The translations under genes and the position numbers were made by a program. From Planctomycetota bacterium (GTDB lineage Bacteria > Planctomycetota > B15-G4 > JADJEK01), in NCBI GenBank assembly GCA_044225365.1, contig JBGAIQ010000001.1, forward strand, positions 320,001-384,000: a stretch of 64,000 nt of DNA, written 5' to 3'. Of the stretch, positions 17,209-26,993 are shown piece by piece. A model generated the notes under the pieces. The model was not told where the DNA came from, ran no database searches, and was given only the letters and a program-made list of their open reading frames with translations. Each line of letters starts with the position of its first letter. Positions within the stretch are counted from its first letter, which is position 1.

Positions 17209-17529
17209 ATGGAAGCACTCGCACTCGATGCCATCTCGAACGGTCTGTCCAACATCACGAGGCCGGAGCGGAACTCGTCGGTCACCCCCGCGCGTGGCGA
17301 CGGCTTCGGTACGACGTTTCGCGACCTGCTCGGCAACGTGCTCGAGACGTCGGAGACGAAGCAGAACGAAGCGACGCAGATCACCGAGTCGTTCGCGAAG
17401 GGCGAGTCCCAGGACCTCCATCGCGTGATGACCGCGCTCAACGAAGCCGACGTCTCCTTCCGCCTCGTGCTCGAAGTGCGCAACAAGCTCGTCGACGCCT
17501 GGCAAGAGATCAAGCGGATGCCGATCTGA
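17209..17529 (+). CDS. fliE: Flagellar hook-basal body protein FliE
   Basis: DLHRVM...LVLEVRNKLVDAWQEIKRMPI. Confidence 0.95.
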   Translation: MEALALDAISNGLSNITRPERNSSVTPARGDGFGTTFRDLLGNVLETSETKQNEATQITESFAKGESQDLHRVMTALNEADVSFRLVLEVRNKLVDAWQEIKRMPI

Positions 17530-17579
17530 GGTTCGCCTCGTAGGCGAATGGGAACGAATAGGAATCGCGGAGAGACCCC

Positions 17580-19187
17580 TTGAAGCAGTTGCTCGCACAA
17601 CTCACGCAGATCTGGTCGGGCGGAACGCCGACCCAGCGCGTGCTCGGAATCCTGTCGCTCGTCATCGTCGGGCTCGGGATCGGCGGCGGCGTCTGGTTCG
17701 CGATGCGGCCGGATCATGCGCTCCTGTTCGGCAATCTCGATCCCGCGGACGCGGGTCTCGTCGTCGAGCAGGTTCGCAAAGCCGGCGTCGAGGCCGAGGT
17801 CCGCGGCGGCGGCACGGCCGTCTACGTCCCGTCGAACAAGGTCGACGAGATGCGCATGATCGTCGCGCAGGCCGGACTGCCGAAGACGAGCGGGACGGGA
17901 TGGGAGCTGTTCGATACTTCCAGCTTCGGGATCTCCGACTTCGTGCAGAACATCAACTTCCTGCGCGCCAAGCAGACTTCGCTCGAGCGGGCGATCGCGA
18001 AGTTCGACGGCGTCGAGAGCGCGACCGTCGAGATCACGAAGGCGAAGGAATCGGCGTTCGTCGCGGCCTCCGAGCCGGCGAAGGCGTCGGTGATGGTGGC
18101 CCTCAAGGCCGGACGGCAGCTCAGCCCGGAAAGCGTTCGCGCCATCACGCACCTCGTGGCCGGTGCGATCGACGGCCTCGACGCGAGCAACGTCAGCGTG
18201 ATGGACACCAAGATGCACCTGCTGTCGGAAGCCGGCGGCGGGCCGCTCGCGATCAACACCAGCAACCAGATCGACTATCAGCGCAACTCCGAGGACTACC
18301 TCGGCCACAAGGCGGAGGGCCTCCTCGCGCTCGCGGGAATCGCGGGTGCGGTGCGAGTGAATCTCGACATCGATTTCCAGCACGTGAAGCAGACTTCCGA
18401 GAAATTCGATCCCGTAGGAACTGCGACCAGCGAGACGCTGGAGACCTCCTCGACGCAGAGCGGTACCAATGGCAACAAGGGCGCCGTCTCCGCGAAGGAG
18501 CAGATCGATCCGAAGACCCAGGACACGAGCGGGGGCGAGACGTCGAACGAGACGAAGGAGACGAGCAAGACCGAGAAGAAGGTCGGCCGCACCGTCAAGT
18601 CCGAGGAGAACGCGACGCCCGTCGTGAAGCGTCTGTCCGTCAGCCTCGTCGTCCAGGACCAGTTCAAGGACAAGCTGAAGGACATCGAGAAGATCGTGAA
18701 GAGCGCGGTCGGCTTCGACGACAAGCGCGGCGACGTCCTGAACTCGATGGTGGGTGCGCTGGAAGCGGCGAAGCCCGTCACGGATCTTCCCGTCGCGGCG
18801 CCGATGTGGCCCGCCCTCGTCGAGCGCGGCATCCAGATCGTCGGCGTCCTCGGCGCGCTGTTCGTCCTCCTCAAGCTGATCAAGGCGATCGAGAGCAAGC
18901 CGGGCACGGTCCGCGCGGTCCCGATCATCTCCGCGAACGGCACCGTCATCCAGGTGGAGCCTGGCGCTCCGCTGCCACCCGGCGCGCGCAGCATCGCGCC
19001 AGAGGCCGCGAATCCGCAGGTGCTGACTGCACCGACCCGGGGCGGAGTGGTGACGGCGGCGTCGGCCGCGGTCCAGGCCGAGCACTCGCCGAATCTTCCG
19101 GACTTCGTCCGCGAGACCGTGAAGACGGATCCCGCCGGCGCGACGCGCGTCCTCCAGAGCTGGCTGCGTGAAGGGGAGCACAACTGA
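17580..19187 (+). CDS. fliF: Flagellar MS-ring protein FliF
   Basis: Two TMs, LFGNLDPADAG, GWELFD, PAKASVMV, VAGAIDGL, SAVGFDDKRGD; TTG start. Confidence 0.94.
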   Translation: MKQLLAQLTQIWSGGTPTQRVLGILSLVIVGLGIGGGVWFAMRPDHALLFGNLDPADAGLVVEQVRKAGVEAEVRGGGTAVYVPSNKVDEMRMIVAQAGLPKTSGTGWELFDTSSFGISDFVQNINFLRAKQTSLERAIAKFDGVESATVEITKAKESAFVAASEPAKASVMVALKAGRQLSPESVRAITHLVAGAIDGLDASNVSVMDTKMHLLSEAGGGPLAINTSNQIDYQRNSEDYLGHKAEGLLALAGIAGAVRVNLDIDFQHVKQTSEKFDPVGTATSETLETSSTQSGTNGNKGAVSAKEQIDPKTQDTSGGETSNETKETSKTEKKVGRTVKSEENATPVVKRLSVSLVVQDQFKDKLKDIEKIVKSAVGFDDKRGDVLNSMVGALEAAKPVTDLPVAAPMWPALVERGIQIVGVLGALFVLLKLIKAIESKPGTVRAVPIISANGTVIQVEPGAPLPPGARSIAPEAANPQVLTAPTRGGVVTAASAAVQAEHSPNLPDFVRETVKTDPAGATRVLQSWLREGEHN

Positions 19188-20197
19188 TGATCTCCGCGAA
19201 GGGAGCTGCAAAGGTCGCGACGTTGCTCTTGTCCCTCGACAAGGGCACGGCCACCGCATTGCTGAAGCGGCTTCCCGAGGAAGATCGTCGGGCGGTCACG
19301 AAGGCGCTCGCGGACATGCCGGACGTCGTGATCCATCGTGAACAGCAGGAGACGCTGCTGAAGGAATTCCGGCTCACACTCGATGCATCCGAAGGCGCCG
19401 CGGCGGGGGCCGAGCAGATCTGCTCGCTCTTGTCCGAAGCGCTCGGCAACGAGGCCGCGTCCGTCGCCGATCGGCTGAAGACGCAGGAGCGACTGAATCG
19501 GGCGCGCGGCGCGCTGATGGAGCTCGACGCCTCGGCGCTCAGCTTCCTGCTGCGCGGCGAACATCCGCAGGCGGTCGCGGTGGTGCTCTTCGAACTCGGG
19601 CCCGAGCTCGCAGCCGGCGTGATGCCGTCCTTCGAGGAGATGATGCAGCAGGAGTTGATCGAGCGCATGGTGACGATGCGCCCCGCGCCTCCCGAACTCG
19701 TGTGCGAGCTGCTCGACGCCGCGCTCGCAAAGGCGGCTTCGATCGAGCGGACGCAGACCGGCAGCGCGATCAGCACCGAGTCGCGGCTCAAGACCGTCGC
19801 GACGATCCTCAACAAGTTCCGTGACGAGGCGCAGCAGAGCCTCCTCATGAACCTGGAGATCAACGCTCCCGAACTCGCGGACCAGGTTCGCCAGCAGCTC
19901 TTCACGTTCGACGACTTGATGAAGCTCGGCCCGCGCGACCTGCAAAAGGTGCTGTCGGGTGTCGACACGAAGGTCCTCGCGACGGCTCTCAAGGGCGCGA
20001 GCAAGGAACAGCAGGACTTCCTGCTCGGCAACGTCAGCAAGCGCACGGTCGAGCGCGTCCAGGAAGAGCGCGAGACGATGGGCGCGGTGAAGCTCTCGGA
20101 AGTCCGCCAGGCCCAGACCGACATGGCCGGCGTGGCGCGCGATCTGATCCAGCGCGGCGAGATCCAATTCGGCGGAGGAGACGAGCTTGTCGCCTGA
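19187..20197 (+). CDS. fliG: Flagellar motor switch protein FliG
   Basis: KVATLLLSL, EHPQ motif, LFTFDDL, LATALKGAS. Confidence 0.94.
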   Translation: MISAKGAAKVATLLLSLDKGTATALLKRLPEEDRRAVTKALADMPDVVIHREQQETLLKEFRLTLDASEGAAAGAEQICSLLSEALGNEAASVADRLKTQERLNRARGALMELDASALSFLLRGEHPQAVAVVLFELGPELAAGVMPSFEEMMQQELIERMVTMRPAPPELVCELLDAALAKAASIERTQTGSAISTESRLKTVATILNKFRDEAQQSLLMNLEINAPELADQVRQQLFTFDDLMKLGPRDLQKVLSGVDTKVLATALKGASKEQQDFLLGNVSKRTVERVQEERETMGAVKLSEVRQAQTDMAGVARDLIQRGEIQFGGGDELVA

Positions 20198-20861
20198 ACC
20201 CTCGAAGTCTGCACCCGCGAAGGAACCGGAGAAGGTCTTCGTGCCATCGATCCACTTCGATCGCCTGCCGATCCGACTCAAAGTGGCGGGCGAGAGCCAG
20301 AGCGTCGTCGACTTCGTGCCGGAGCTCGACGAGAGCGGCAAAGCGCGGGTCCGCGAGGAAGCGGAGCGTCGTGCTCGCGCCGAGGCGGAGGCCGCTGCGC
20401 AGCGGGCGGACGTCGATCGCAACAAGCGCCTCGAGGCCGGAATCGCGGCGCTCGTCGCGAGCGCGCAGCACGTGCGATCGGAGCTGACCGCCGAGATCGC
20501 GGCGATGGAACCCGAGCTCGCGAAGCTCTCCTTCGCGATCGCCGCGCGGGCGCTCAAGACCTCGATGGAGGGCGATCCGCTCCATCTCCTTCCCGCGATC
20601 GAGAACGCGATCGCCAAGCTTCGCGCGGGCCTCGACGACGCCGACGTCGTCACGGTCCATGTTGCCGCGAGCGACGTCGAAAGGATCACGGCCGCGGTCG
20701 GTCCGTCCTACGCCGACGGAAAGGTTCGGATCGTCGCCGAGGCGGGCTACGAGCCGGGCCGGTTCGAAGCGCGATGTGACATCCGCAGGATCCGTCACGC
20801 CATCGCGTCCGAACTTGCGTCGATCGCCGCGGAGCTGGCGGAGGACGGAAGCCATGGTTGA
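20187..20861 (+). CDS. fliH: Flagellar assembly protein FliH
   Basis: Sits between fliG and fliI; coiled coil plus VTVHVAASD C-terminal domain; start uncertain. Confidence 0.75.
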   Translation: MSPEPSKSAPAKEPEKVFVPSIHFDRLPIRLKVAGESQSVVDFVPELDESGKARVREEAERRARAEAEAAAQRADVDRNKRLEAGIAALVASAQHVRSELTAEIAAMEPELAKLSFAIAARALKTSMEGDPLHLLPAIENAIAKLRAGLDDADVVTVHVAASDVERITAAVGPSYADGKVRIVAEAGYEPGRFEARCDIRRIRHAIASELASIAAELAEDGSHG

Positions 20862-22182
20862 TCGCCTGGCGTCTTCTCTCGCTCGGCGCGCGAGCCCCAT
20901 GCTCCGCAAGGCCGACCTCGTCGTCGAAGGCAGCGTGACCCGCGTGATCGGGATCACGGCGGAGTGCCGCGGACTGTCCCTCGACCTCGGGGAACTCGCC
21001 GCGATCGAGCGTCGCGACGGCACCGAGCTGCTCGCCGAGGCGATCGGATTCCACGGCGACGTCACGGTGCTGATGCCGCTCTCCGAGCTGCGCGGAATCG
21101 GGCCCGGCGCCCACGTGCGTAGCGTCGGATCGCGCCTCGACGCCCCCGCGGGCAACGGCCTCCTCGGTCGCGTGCTCGACGGACTCGGACGACCCCAGGA
21201 CGGCGGCAAGGCCCTCGCCCATTGCGAGCGCGTCGCCGTCGATCGCGATGCTCCGGACCCTCACACCCGCCGCCCGATCCGCGAGGCGTGCGTGACGGGC
21301 GTCAAATCGATCGACGGATTGCTCACGCTCGGCAAGGGCCAGCGCATCGGCATCTTCGCGGGCGCCGGCGTCGGCAAGAGCACGCTGCTCGGCGCTCTCG
21401 CCGCGCGCAGCCGTGCGGACGTGACCGTGATCTGCCTCATCGGCGAGCGCGGTCGCGAGGTGTACGACTTCGTGCGCGACTCGCTCGGACCCGAGGGATT
21501 GCGCAAGTCCGTCGTGATCGCGGCGCCTTCGGACTCGCCGCCGCTCGAGCGCTTCAAGGCGCCGTTCGTGGCGACCGCGATCGCCGAGTGGTTCCGCGAT
21601 CAGGGCAAGGATGTCCTGCTCGTGATGGACTCGCTGACCCGTTTCGGATTCGCAGCTCGCGAAGTCGGTCTCGCCCTCGGCGAGCCGCCGACCGCGAAGG
21701 GATACCCGCCGTCGTTGTTCTCGCAACTGCCGCGGCTCGTCGAACGCGTCGGCGCGCTGGAGAAGGGCAGCATCACCGGGATCTACACGGTCCTCGTCGA
21801 AGGCGACGATCTCACCGATCCGGTCGCCGACTCGGTGCGCTCGTTGATCGACGGCCACATCGTCCTGCGGCGCGCGCTCGCCGAGAAGGGCCAGTATCCG
21901 GCGGTCGACGTCCTCGCGTCGGTCAGTCGCTTGATGTCGCACGTCACGACGCCGGAGCACCGGAAGCTCGCGGAGCGATTCCGCCGCCTCCTCGCGCTAC
22001 ATCGCGACCACAAGGATCTGATCGACGTCGGCGCGTATCGTCCGGGCGCCGACAAGGCGGTCGACGAAGCGATCGCGCGGATCGCCCATCTCGAGGAGTT
22101 CCTGAGGCAGGATCTCTCTGCGCCGTTCGACTTCAAGGCGACGCTCTCCGCGATCGCGACCGCGATCGGAGGCGCACGATGA
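20854..22182 (+). CDS. fliI: Flagellar export ATPase FliI
   Basis: GQRIGIFAGAGVGKS, LIGERGREV, MDSLTRF, GEPPTAKGYPPS, DGHIVL; start ATG 20854. Confidence 0.96.
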   Translation: MVDRLASSLARRASPMLRKADLVVEGSVTRVIGITAECRGLSLDLGELAAIERRDGTELLAEAIGFHGDVTVLMPLSELRGIGPGAHVRSVGSRLDAPAGNGLLGRVLDGLGRPQDGGKALAHCERVAVDRDAPDPHTRRPIREACVTGVKSIDGLLTLGKGQRIGIFAGAGVGKSTLLGALAARSRADVTVICLIGERGREVYDFVRDSLGPEGLRKSVVIAAPSDSPPLERFKAPFVATAIAEWFRDQGKDVLLVMDSLTRFGFAAREVGLALGEPPTAKGYPPSLFSQLPRLVERVGALEKGSITGIYTVLVEGDDLTDPVADSVRSLIDGHIVLRRALAEKGQYPAVDVLASVSRLMSHVTTPEHRKLAERFRRLLALHRDHKDLIDVGAYRPGADKAVDEAIARIAHLEEFLRQDLSAPFDFKATLSAIATAIGGAR

Positions 22183-22685
22183 GTCTCGCCCGCGAATTGA
22201 AGGACGGCGTCCAGCGAGTTGCGCGACTCCTGCGCCTCCGCGAATTCGAAGAGCGCGCGCGTCGTCAGGACTGGGGCGCGGCGCTCGCAGTCGAAGTCGA
22301 TGCACAGCGCAAGGTCGACGATGTCCGCGGCGACATCGTCCGCTTGCGGGATGGCCTGCGTCAGTCGCTCGCGAAAGGCGAGGTCGCGGGGAGTGCACTC
22401 CTCGACTTCCAGGCGGCGATGGACGCCGCCGAGGAACGCGTCGATCGCGCGCTCGTGGGTCTCGATCGTGCTCGTCGCGATCGCATCGCGAAGGAATCGA
22501 TCTGGCGCGACAGCCGACGCCGCGCGCTCGCGCTCGAGCGCCTTCGCGACCGCCGCAAGGAGCGGTATGGCGAGGAAGTCGCGCGTCTCGAACGCAAGGA
22601 GAGCGACGAGGTCGCGATCCTCCGCTTCGTGCGGCAGAAGCAAGACACCGAACACACCCGGTCGGAAACGACCGCGAAGAGCTGA
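22179..22685 (+). CDS. fliJ: Flagellar export protein FliJ
   Basis: Coiled-coil ORF coupled to fliI; RLLRLRE...LERLRDRR...ERKESDEVA. Confidence 0.82.
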   Translation: MSLARELKDGVQRVARLLRLREFEERARRQDWGAALAVEVDAQRKVDDVRGDIVRLRDGLRQSLAKGEVAGSALLDFQAAMDAAEERVDRALVGLDRARRDRIAKESIWRDSRRRALALERLRDRRKERYGEEVARLERKESDEVAILRFVRQKQDTEHTRSETTAKS

Positions 22686-22697
22686 GAAGGAATCGTC

Positions 22698-23543
22698 ATG
22701 GGCAACGTGATCTCACGCGTCGTACTCGTCGCATTCGCCGTGGTCGGCCTGTTCACCGCCGGCCTCATCGGGACGCTCGGCGTCCGCGGCAAGCTGAACC
22801 GCGAATCGCTCGCGGAACTCGCGGGAGTGAAGGACGAGAACGCCGAGAAGCCAGCGGGCGAGGAAAGCGCGACGGGCGACGTTTCGAAGGACGCGGCCAA
22901 GTCGAACGCCGAGGACGGCAAGGAGCACGGCAAGGAGGCGGCCCCGAACGGAGGGCGTGCCGAATCGTCGCCGCATGCCGTAGCTTCGCTCGCCAGCGCG
23001 GGCCTCGATCGCATCGTGCTGCCCGATCCGTTCTCGAGCGAGAAGACTCACGAACTCTTCGAAGAGCTCGAAGCGACCCGCAGCGAGCTGAAGAACCAAC
23101 TGATCGCCGCACGGCAGAAGGAAGCCGATCTCGAGCTCATCCGGGCGGACCTGAATCGCCGCTGGGACGAGCTCGATCAGCGCGAACAGGAGCTCGAGGA
23201 GTCCCGCAAGGGTGTCGAGGCCGACAAGGTCGACCTGCGCGACAAAACGGTCCTTCTCGAAGAAGCCGAAGATGCGAACTTGAGAGATGCAGCCAAAAAG
23301 ATCGAAAAGATGAAAGCGCAGGCGGCCGCCGCCCTGCTCGAGACGAAGGATCCGGCCATGGCGGCGAAGATCCTGAGCAGTATCGGTGACCGCGAGGCGG
23401 GCAAGATCATGGAGAACCTGAAGCCGGAGTTCCTGAGCAAGGTCCTCGAGAAGGCGATCAACATCATCCGACCGAAGTCGGTGGGATCGAGTTCGACGTC
23501 GAAGGACGGTTCGGGCAGCGCGCCAGGCCAGGACAAGCCGTGA
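22698..23543 (+). CDS. YlxF/MotE/FlbB-like protein (TM, coiled coil, MgtE_N-like domain)
   Basis: IEKMKAQAAAALL...AAKILSSIGDREAGKIMENL; position after fliJ. Confidence 0.75.
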   Translation: MGNVISRVVLVAFAVVGLFTAGLIGTLGVRGKLNRESLAELAGVKDENAEKPAGEESATGDVSKDAAKSNAEDGKEHGKEAAPNGGRAESSPHAVASLASAGLDRIVLPDPFSSEKTHELFEELEATRSELKNQLIAARQKEADLELIRADLNRRWDELDQREQELEESRKGVEADKVDLRDKTVLLEEAEDANLRDAAKKIEKMKAQAAAALLETKDPAMAAKILSSIGDREAGKIMENLKPEFLSKVLEKAINIIRPKSVGSSSTSKDGSGSAPGQDKP

Positions 23544-23565
23544 CGGAATCGAGTCGGAGAGAGCG

Positions 23566-24096
23566 ATGAGTGACGCCAAACAAGAGAATGCGGAAGCTCC
23601 GGCGGCGGCGCCCCCGGCGGGCGGCGGCGGAAAAGCCACCTTCATCGGCGGCCTCTTCGGAGTGCTGCTGGTGATCGGCGGCGGTGTCGCGATCGGGATC
23701 GTCGGATTCCCCGGCAAGCACCACGAGCCGAAGGAGGAGCATCACGATCCGATGGTGGACCCGGAGGCCAAGAAGCCGAGTGCGGTGATGACCGTGCCGC
23801 AACTCATCGTGAATCTCTCGGACACCTCCGGCAAGCACATCCTGCAGTCGCAGTGGTCACTCGAGGTGACCGCGACCGATATTGCCGCGGCATCCACGAA
23901 ATTCTCGGATTGGTTGCCCAGGGTCCAGGACCAGATGATCAAGATCATCTCGTCGAAGCGCTCGATCGATCTGGAAGGACAACAGAACAAGGATTTCCTT
24001 CAGACACAGATCAAGGACCGGTTGAATGAGTCGGTCTTCGCGACCGAGGAAGCCAAGGTCCGCGGCGTCTACTTCACCGAGTTCGTGATCCAGTGA
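23566..24096 (+). CDS. fliL: Flagellar basal body-associated protein FliL
   Basis: N-terminal TM, LIVNLSD, C-terminal VRGVYFTEFVIQ. Confidence 0.93.
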   Translation: MSDAKQENAEAPAAAPPAGGGGKATFIGGLFGVLLVIGGGVAIGIVGFPGKHHEPKEEHHDPMVDPEAKKPSAVMTVPQLIVNLSDTSGKHILQSQWSLEVTATDIAAASTKFSDWLPRVQDQMIKIISSKRSIDLEGQQNKDFLQTQIKDRLNESVFATEEAKVRGVYFTEFVIQ

Positions 24097-24118
24097 AACC
24101 GTTCCGTTCGAGGCAGGC

Positions 24119-25135
24119 ATGAGCGACACGACGAGCGAGAGCTCCGCGAGCGAGGGAGCCGAGGAAGCGCCTCGGATCTTCGGGCGTCGCCACGAGCGCG
24201 GCACTCCGACGGTGGAGACTCGCGATTTCCGCGGCGCGCCGCGTCCGGGGCTCGCGGAGCGCAAGGAACTGGAGGATCTCGCCGCGCGAATCGGGAAGCG
24301 GATCGAGCGCGGCATCGGTAACTACCTGCGCCAGGTCGCGCGCGTCGAATCCGTCGCGCCCGAGGTGCTCGAGTACCAGGAGGCCGTGCGCGGCTTCTCC
24401 GAGAAGGATTGGATCGTTCCGCTGCTCGCCGACGGCGGCGATCGCGGCGTCCTGCGCATCGACGATGCGCTCCAGAACATGCTCCTCACGCGAGTTCTCG
24501 GCGGCGGACCCGTCCCCAAGACGGAGGGCCAGCCCGACGCCGCGCCCGAGGAGGAATTCTTCGAGTACGAGACTGCACTCTCGATCGAAGTCGGCATGAT
24601 CAGTCGCGCGGCACTGAAGCCGCTCGTTCGTGCGATCCTGAGGGAGTGGAACCTGCAGCTCCGTGAGAGCAAGCCTCCCTACGCGCTCGATACGGCCCGC
24701 GAAACCCTGCCCGCGGCGCGGCAACTGCGCTCGAGCGATGTCGTCATTGCGTTCGAGAGCGAACTCTATCTCGGCACCGACCACGGCCGCATCCAGCTCC
24801 TGCTGCAGGCGTCGTCGCTCGCCGAGATGTTGAATTCGGCCGCGTCGGAGCGCAACGTGAAGGCGCCGGTCGATCCGAAGACGCGTCGTGGCATGGAATC
24901 CGTGGTGCGGTCGATCGATGTCGGAATGGCGGTTGTGCTCGGCGGCGCGTCCATCGAATTGAAGGACTACATGAAGCTCGGCGTCGGAGACGTGATGATC
25001 CTCGATCGCAAGGTCGGCGAGCCGCTGCGCGTGCTCGCGGGTGATGCGGGTGAATTCACTGGCCAGCCCGGTCGGATCGGCAACAAGATCGCCGTGCGCA
25101 TCCTCGAGCGACTGGATTCGGAGACCTCATCATGA
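24119..25135 (+). CDS. fliM: Flagellar switch protein FliM (divergent; no N-terminal CheY-binding motif)
   Basis: RDFR, RVLGGG loop, C-terminal SpoA domain (LGVGDVMILD...GQPGRIGNKIAVRI); between fliL and fliN. Confidence 0.85.
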   Translation: MSDTTSESSASEGAEEAPRIFGRRHERGTPTVETRDFRGAPRPGLAERKELEDLAARIGKRIERGIGNYLRQVARVESVAPEVLEYQEAVRGFSEKDWIVPLLADGGDRGVLRIDDALQNMLLTRVLGGGPVPKTEGQPDAAPEEEFFEYETALSIEVGMISRAALKPLVRAILREWNLQLRESKPPYALDTARETLPAARQLRSSDVVIAFESELYLGTDHGRIQLLLQASSLAEMLNSAASERNVKAPVDPKTRRGMESVVRSIDVGMAVVLGGASIELKDYMKLGVGDVMILDRKVGEPLRVLAGDAGEFTGQPGRIGNKIAVRILERLDSETSS

Positions 25136-25521
25136 GCGACAGCGAAGTCATCGAGGGCAACGACCCCACGCGGGGCGCCGACCCGGCGGCGGCGACGCTC
25201 GACGCGCCGTCTTCCGAGAGCGAGGGTCCCAAGGCTGCACCGGTGCGTTTCCCCGAACTCCATGGATCGGCCGCCAAGAGCGGCGAAACGGCTCTCGATC
25301 GCATCTACGACCTCACCGTTCCCGTCACGGTCGAACTCGGCCGCGCGACGCTCTCGGTTCAGGAGATCCTCGAACTATCGCCCGGCGCCGTCGTCGAACT
25401 CGACCGCGCGGCGGATGCTCCCGTCGAGCTCTTCGTCCACGGCAAGTGCGTCGCCAAGGGTCAGATCGTCGTCGTCGACGGCTACTACGGCATCCGCATC
25501 ACGGCGCTGAAGGAGAATTGA
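25132..25521 (+). CDS. fliN: Flagellar switch protein FliN
   Basis: VPVTVELGR...ILELSPGAVVELDR...AKGQIVVVDGYYGIRIT. Confidence 0.95.
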   Translation: MSDSEVIEGNDPTRGADPAAATLDAPSSESEGPKAAPVRFPELHGSAAKSGETALDRIYDLTVPVTVELGRATLSVQEILELSPGAVVELDRAADAPVELFVHGKCVAKGQIVVVDGYYGIRITALKEN

Positions 25522-25676
25522 GGGCGCGCGTCCGTTTCCGTCAAGACCGGATCAGCCTTCGATCAAGTCGGTGCGGCGTCCTTGAGGGACGAGGAGAGCG
25601 GCCATAGGGTCGCACGCACGCGCCCCCAAGGTCTGTGAATCTCGCAGCTCCCTCGGAGCGCGCAGGCATCCTCGAC

Positions 25677-26984
25677 ATGCGCCGCGCTCCTGTTCGCATC
25701 GCCGCGTTGTTCGCTGCCGGATTCGTCGCCCTCGCGGGCGCCGCGAACGGCTGGTTGCGTCCCTCGCTCTTCGTCGTCGATCGCTTCGTGCTGCCGAGGA
25801 TCCCCTTGAGGGCGGCCCAGCCGACCCTGCTCGACGATCGCGGTATCGTGCTCGGCGGGATCGGCAGCGATCTGTGGCGTGCGCCGGAAGACCCGCCCGG
25901 CGAGTTCTACATGGTCACCGACCGCGGCCCGAACGGTGAGGTCGACGTCCTCGGCAAGAAGCGACGGACCTTTCTCGTTCCCGACTTCGCACCGATGATC
26001 CTGAAGGTGAGGGCACGCGACGGCCTCCTTGAGATCGAGGAGTCGATCGTGCTGAAGGATCCGTTCGGAAAGCCGCTCAGCGGGCTTTCCAACGAGAGCG
26101 ATCGCGATGAGACGCCCTACGACCACGACGGCGCGAGTCCTCTTCGATACGACCGCAACGGAGTGGACACCGAAGGGCTCGTGCGACTTCCCGACGGCTC
26201 GTTCTTCGTCGCCGAGGAGTATGCGCCGTCGCTGCTGCATGTTGCGGCCGATGGCTCCGTGATCGAACGCTTCGTACCGCACGGCACGAAACAGGAGGGC
26301 GCCACGGTCCGCATGACGGATGCATTGCCCGCGATCCTGTCGCGACGGAGCAAGAACCGTGGGTTCGAGGCGCTCGCACTCGACTGCATGGACCCGCGGG
26401 GGATCACGCTCTACGCCGCGATGCAGAGCCCGCTGGCGAACCCCGACTCGGATACCGCGAAGAATTCGCGCAACACTCGGATCCTCGCATTCGACGTCGC
26501 GCGCGGTGAGGTCACCGCCGAGTACGTGTTCCGATTCGCCGACTGGAAGCGATTCGACCCGCGCGCGAGATCGGCGGCCGACTTGAAGATCGGGGCGCTC
26601 GCGTGCAATGCGCCCGGTCGTCTGCTCGTCCTCGAGCGCACCGACGAGGTGGCTCGGCTCGTCGAGGTCGAGATCGATCCTGCGAAGAGCATCCTCGGCG
26701 GAGACTTCGATGGCATGACGACCCGGCCGACACTCGAGCAGATACCCGACACCGAGAGGGCGGGTGTGCCATGCCTCGTCCGACACGACCTCGCCCGACT
26801 CGATCCGGAGGCGATCGGATCGCCTCGCAAGATCGAAGGTATCGCGATCGTGGACGACCACACGATCGCGATCTCGAACGACGACGATTTCGGCGTCGGC
26901 GAGGCGACCTCCGACGCGAGCGCGTGGAACCGCGAGGGCCGCAGCGAGATCGTGTACGTCAGGATCCCGTTCGCATTGCGCTGA
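25677..26984 (+). CDS. Esterase-like activity of phytase family secreted protein
   Basis: Signal peptide, TDRGPN, DTEG, EEYAP, NRGFEALA, MQSPL, KIEGI, NDDDFG motifs; start may be 25635. Confidence 0.85.
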   Translation: MRRAPVRIAALFAAGFVALAGAANGWLRPSLFVVDRFVLPRIPLRAAQPTLLDDRGIVLGGIGSDLWRAPEDPPGEFYMVTDRGPNGEVDVLGKKRRTFLVPDFAPMILKVRARDGLLEIEESIVLKDPFGKPLSGLSNESDRDETPYDHDGASPLRYDRNGVDTEGLVRLPDGSFFVAEEYAPSLLHVAADGSVIERFVPHGTKQEGATVRMTDALPAILSRRSKNRGFEALALDCMDPRGITLYAAMQSPLANPDSDTAKNSRNTRILAFDVARGEVTAEYVFRFADWKRFDPRARSAADLKIGALACNAPGRLLVLERTDEVARLVEVEIDPAKSILGGDFDGMTTRPTLEQIPDTERAGVPCLVRHDLARLDPEAIGSPRKIEGIAIVDDHTIAISNDDDFGVGEATSDASAWNREGRSEIVYVRIPFALR

Positions 26985-26993
26985 ATGGACCCG

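Noticed and set aside
22698-24096. Loss of fliK/flgD/flgE and flgH/flgI
   Set aside because: The cluster continues past the left window edge, so absence here is uninformative.
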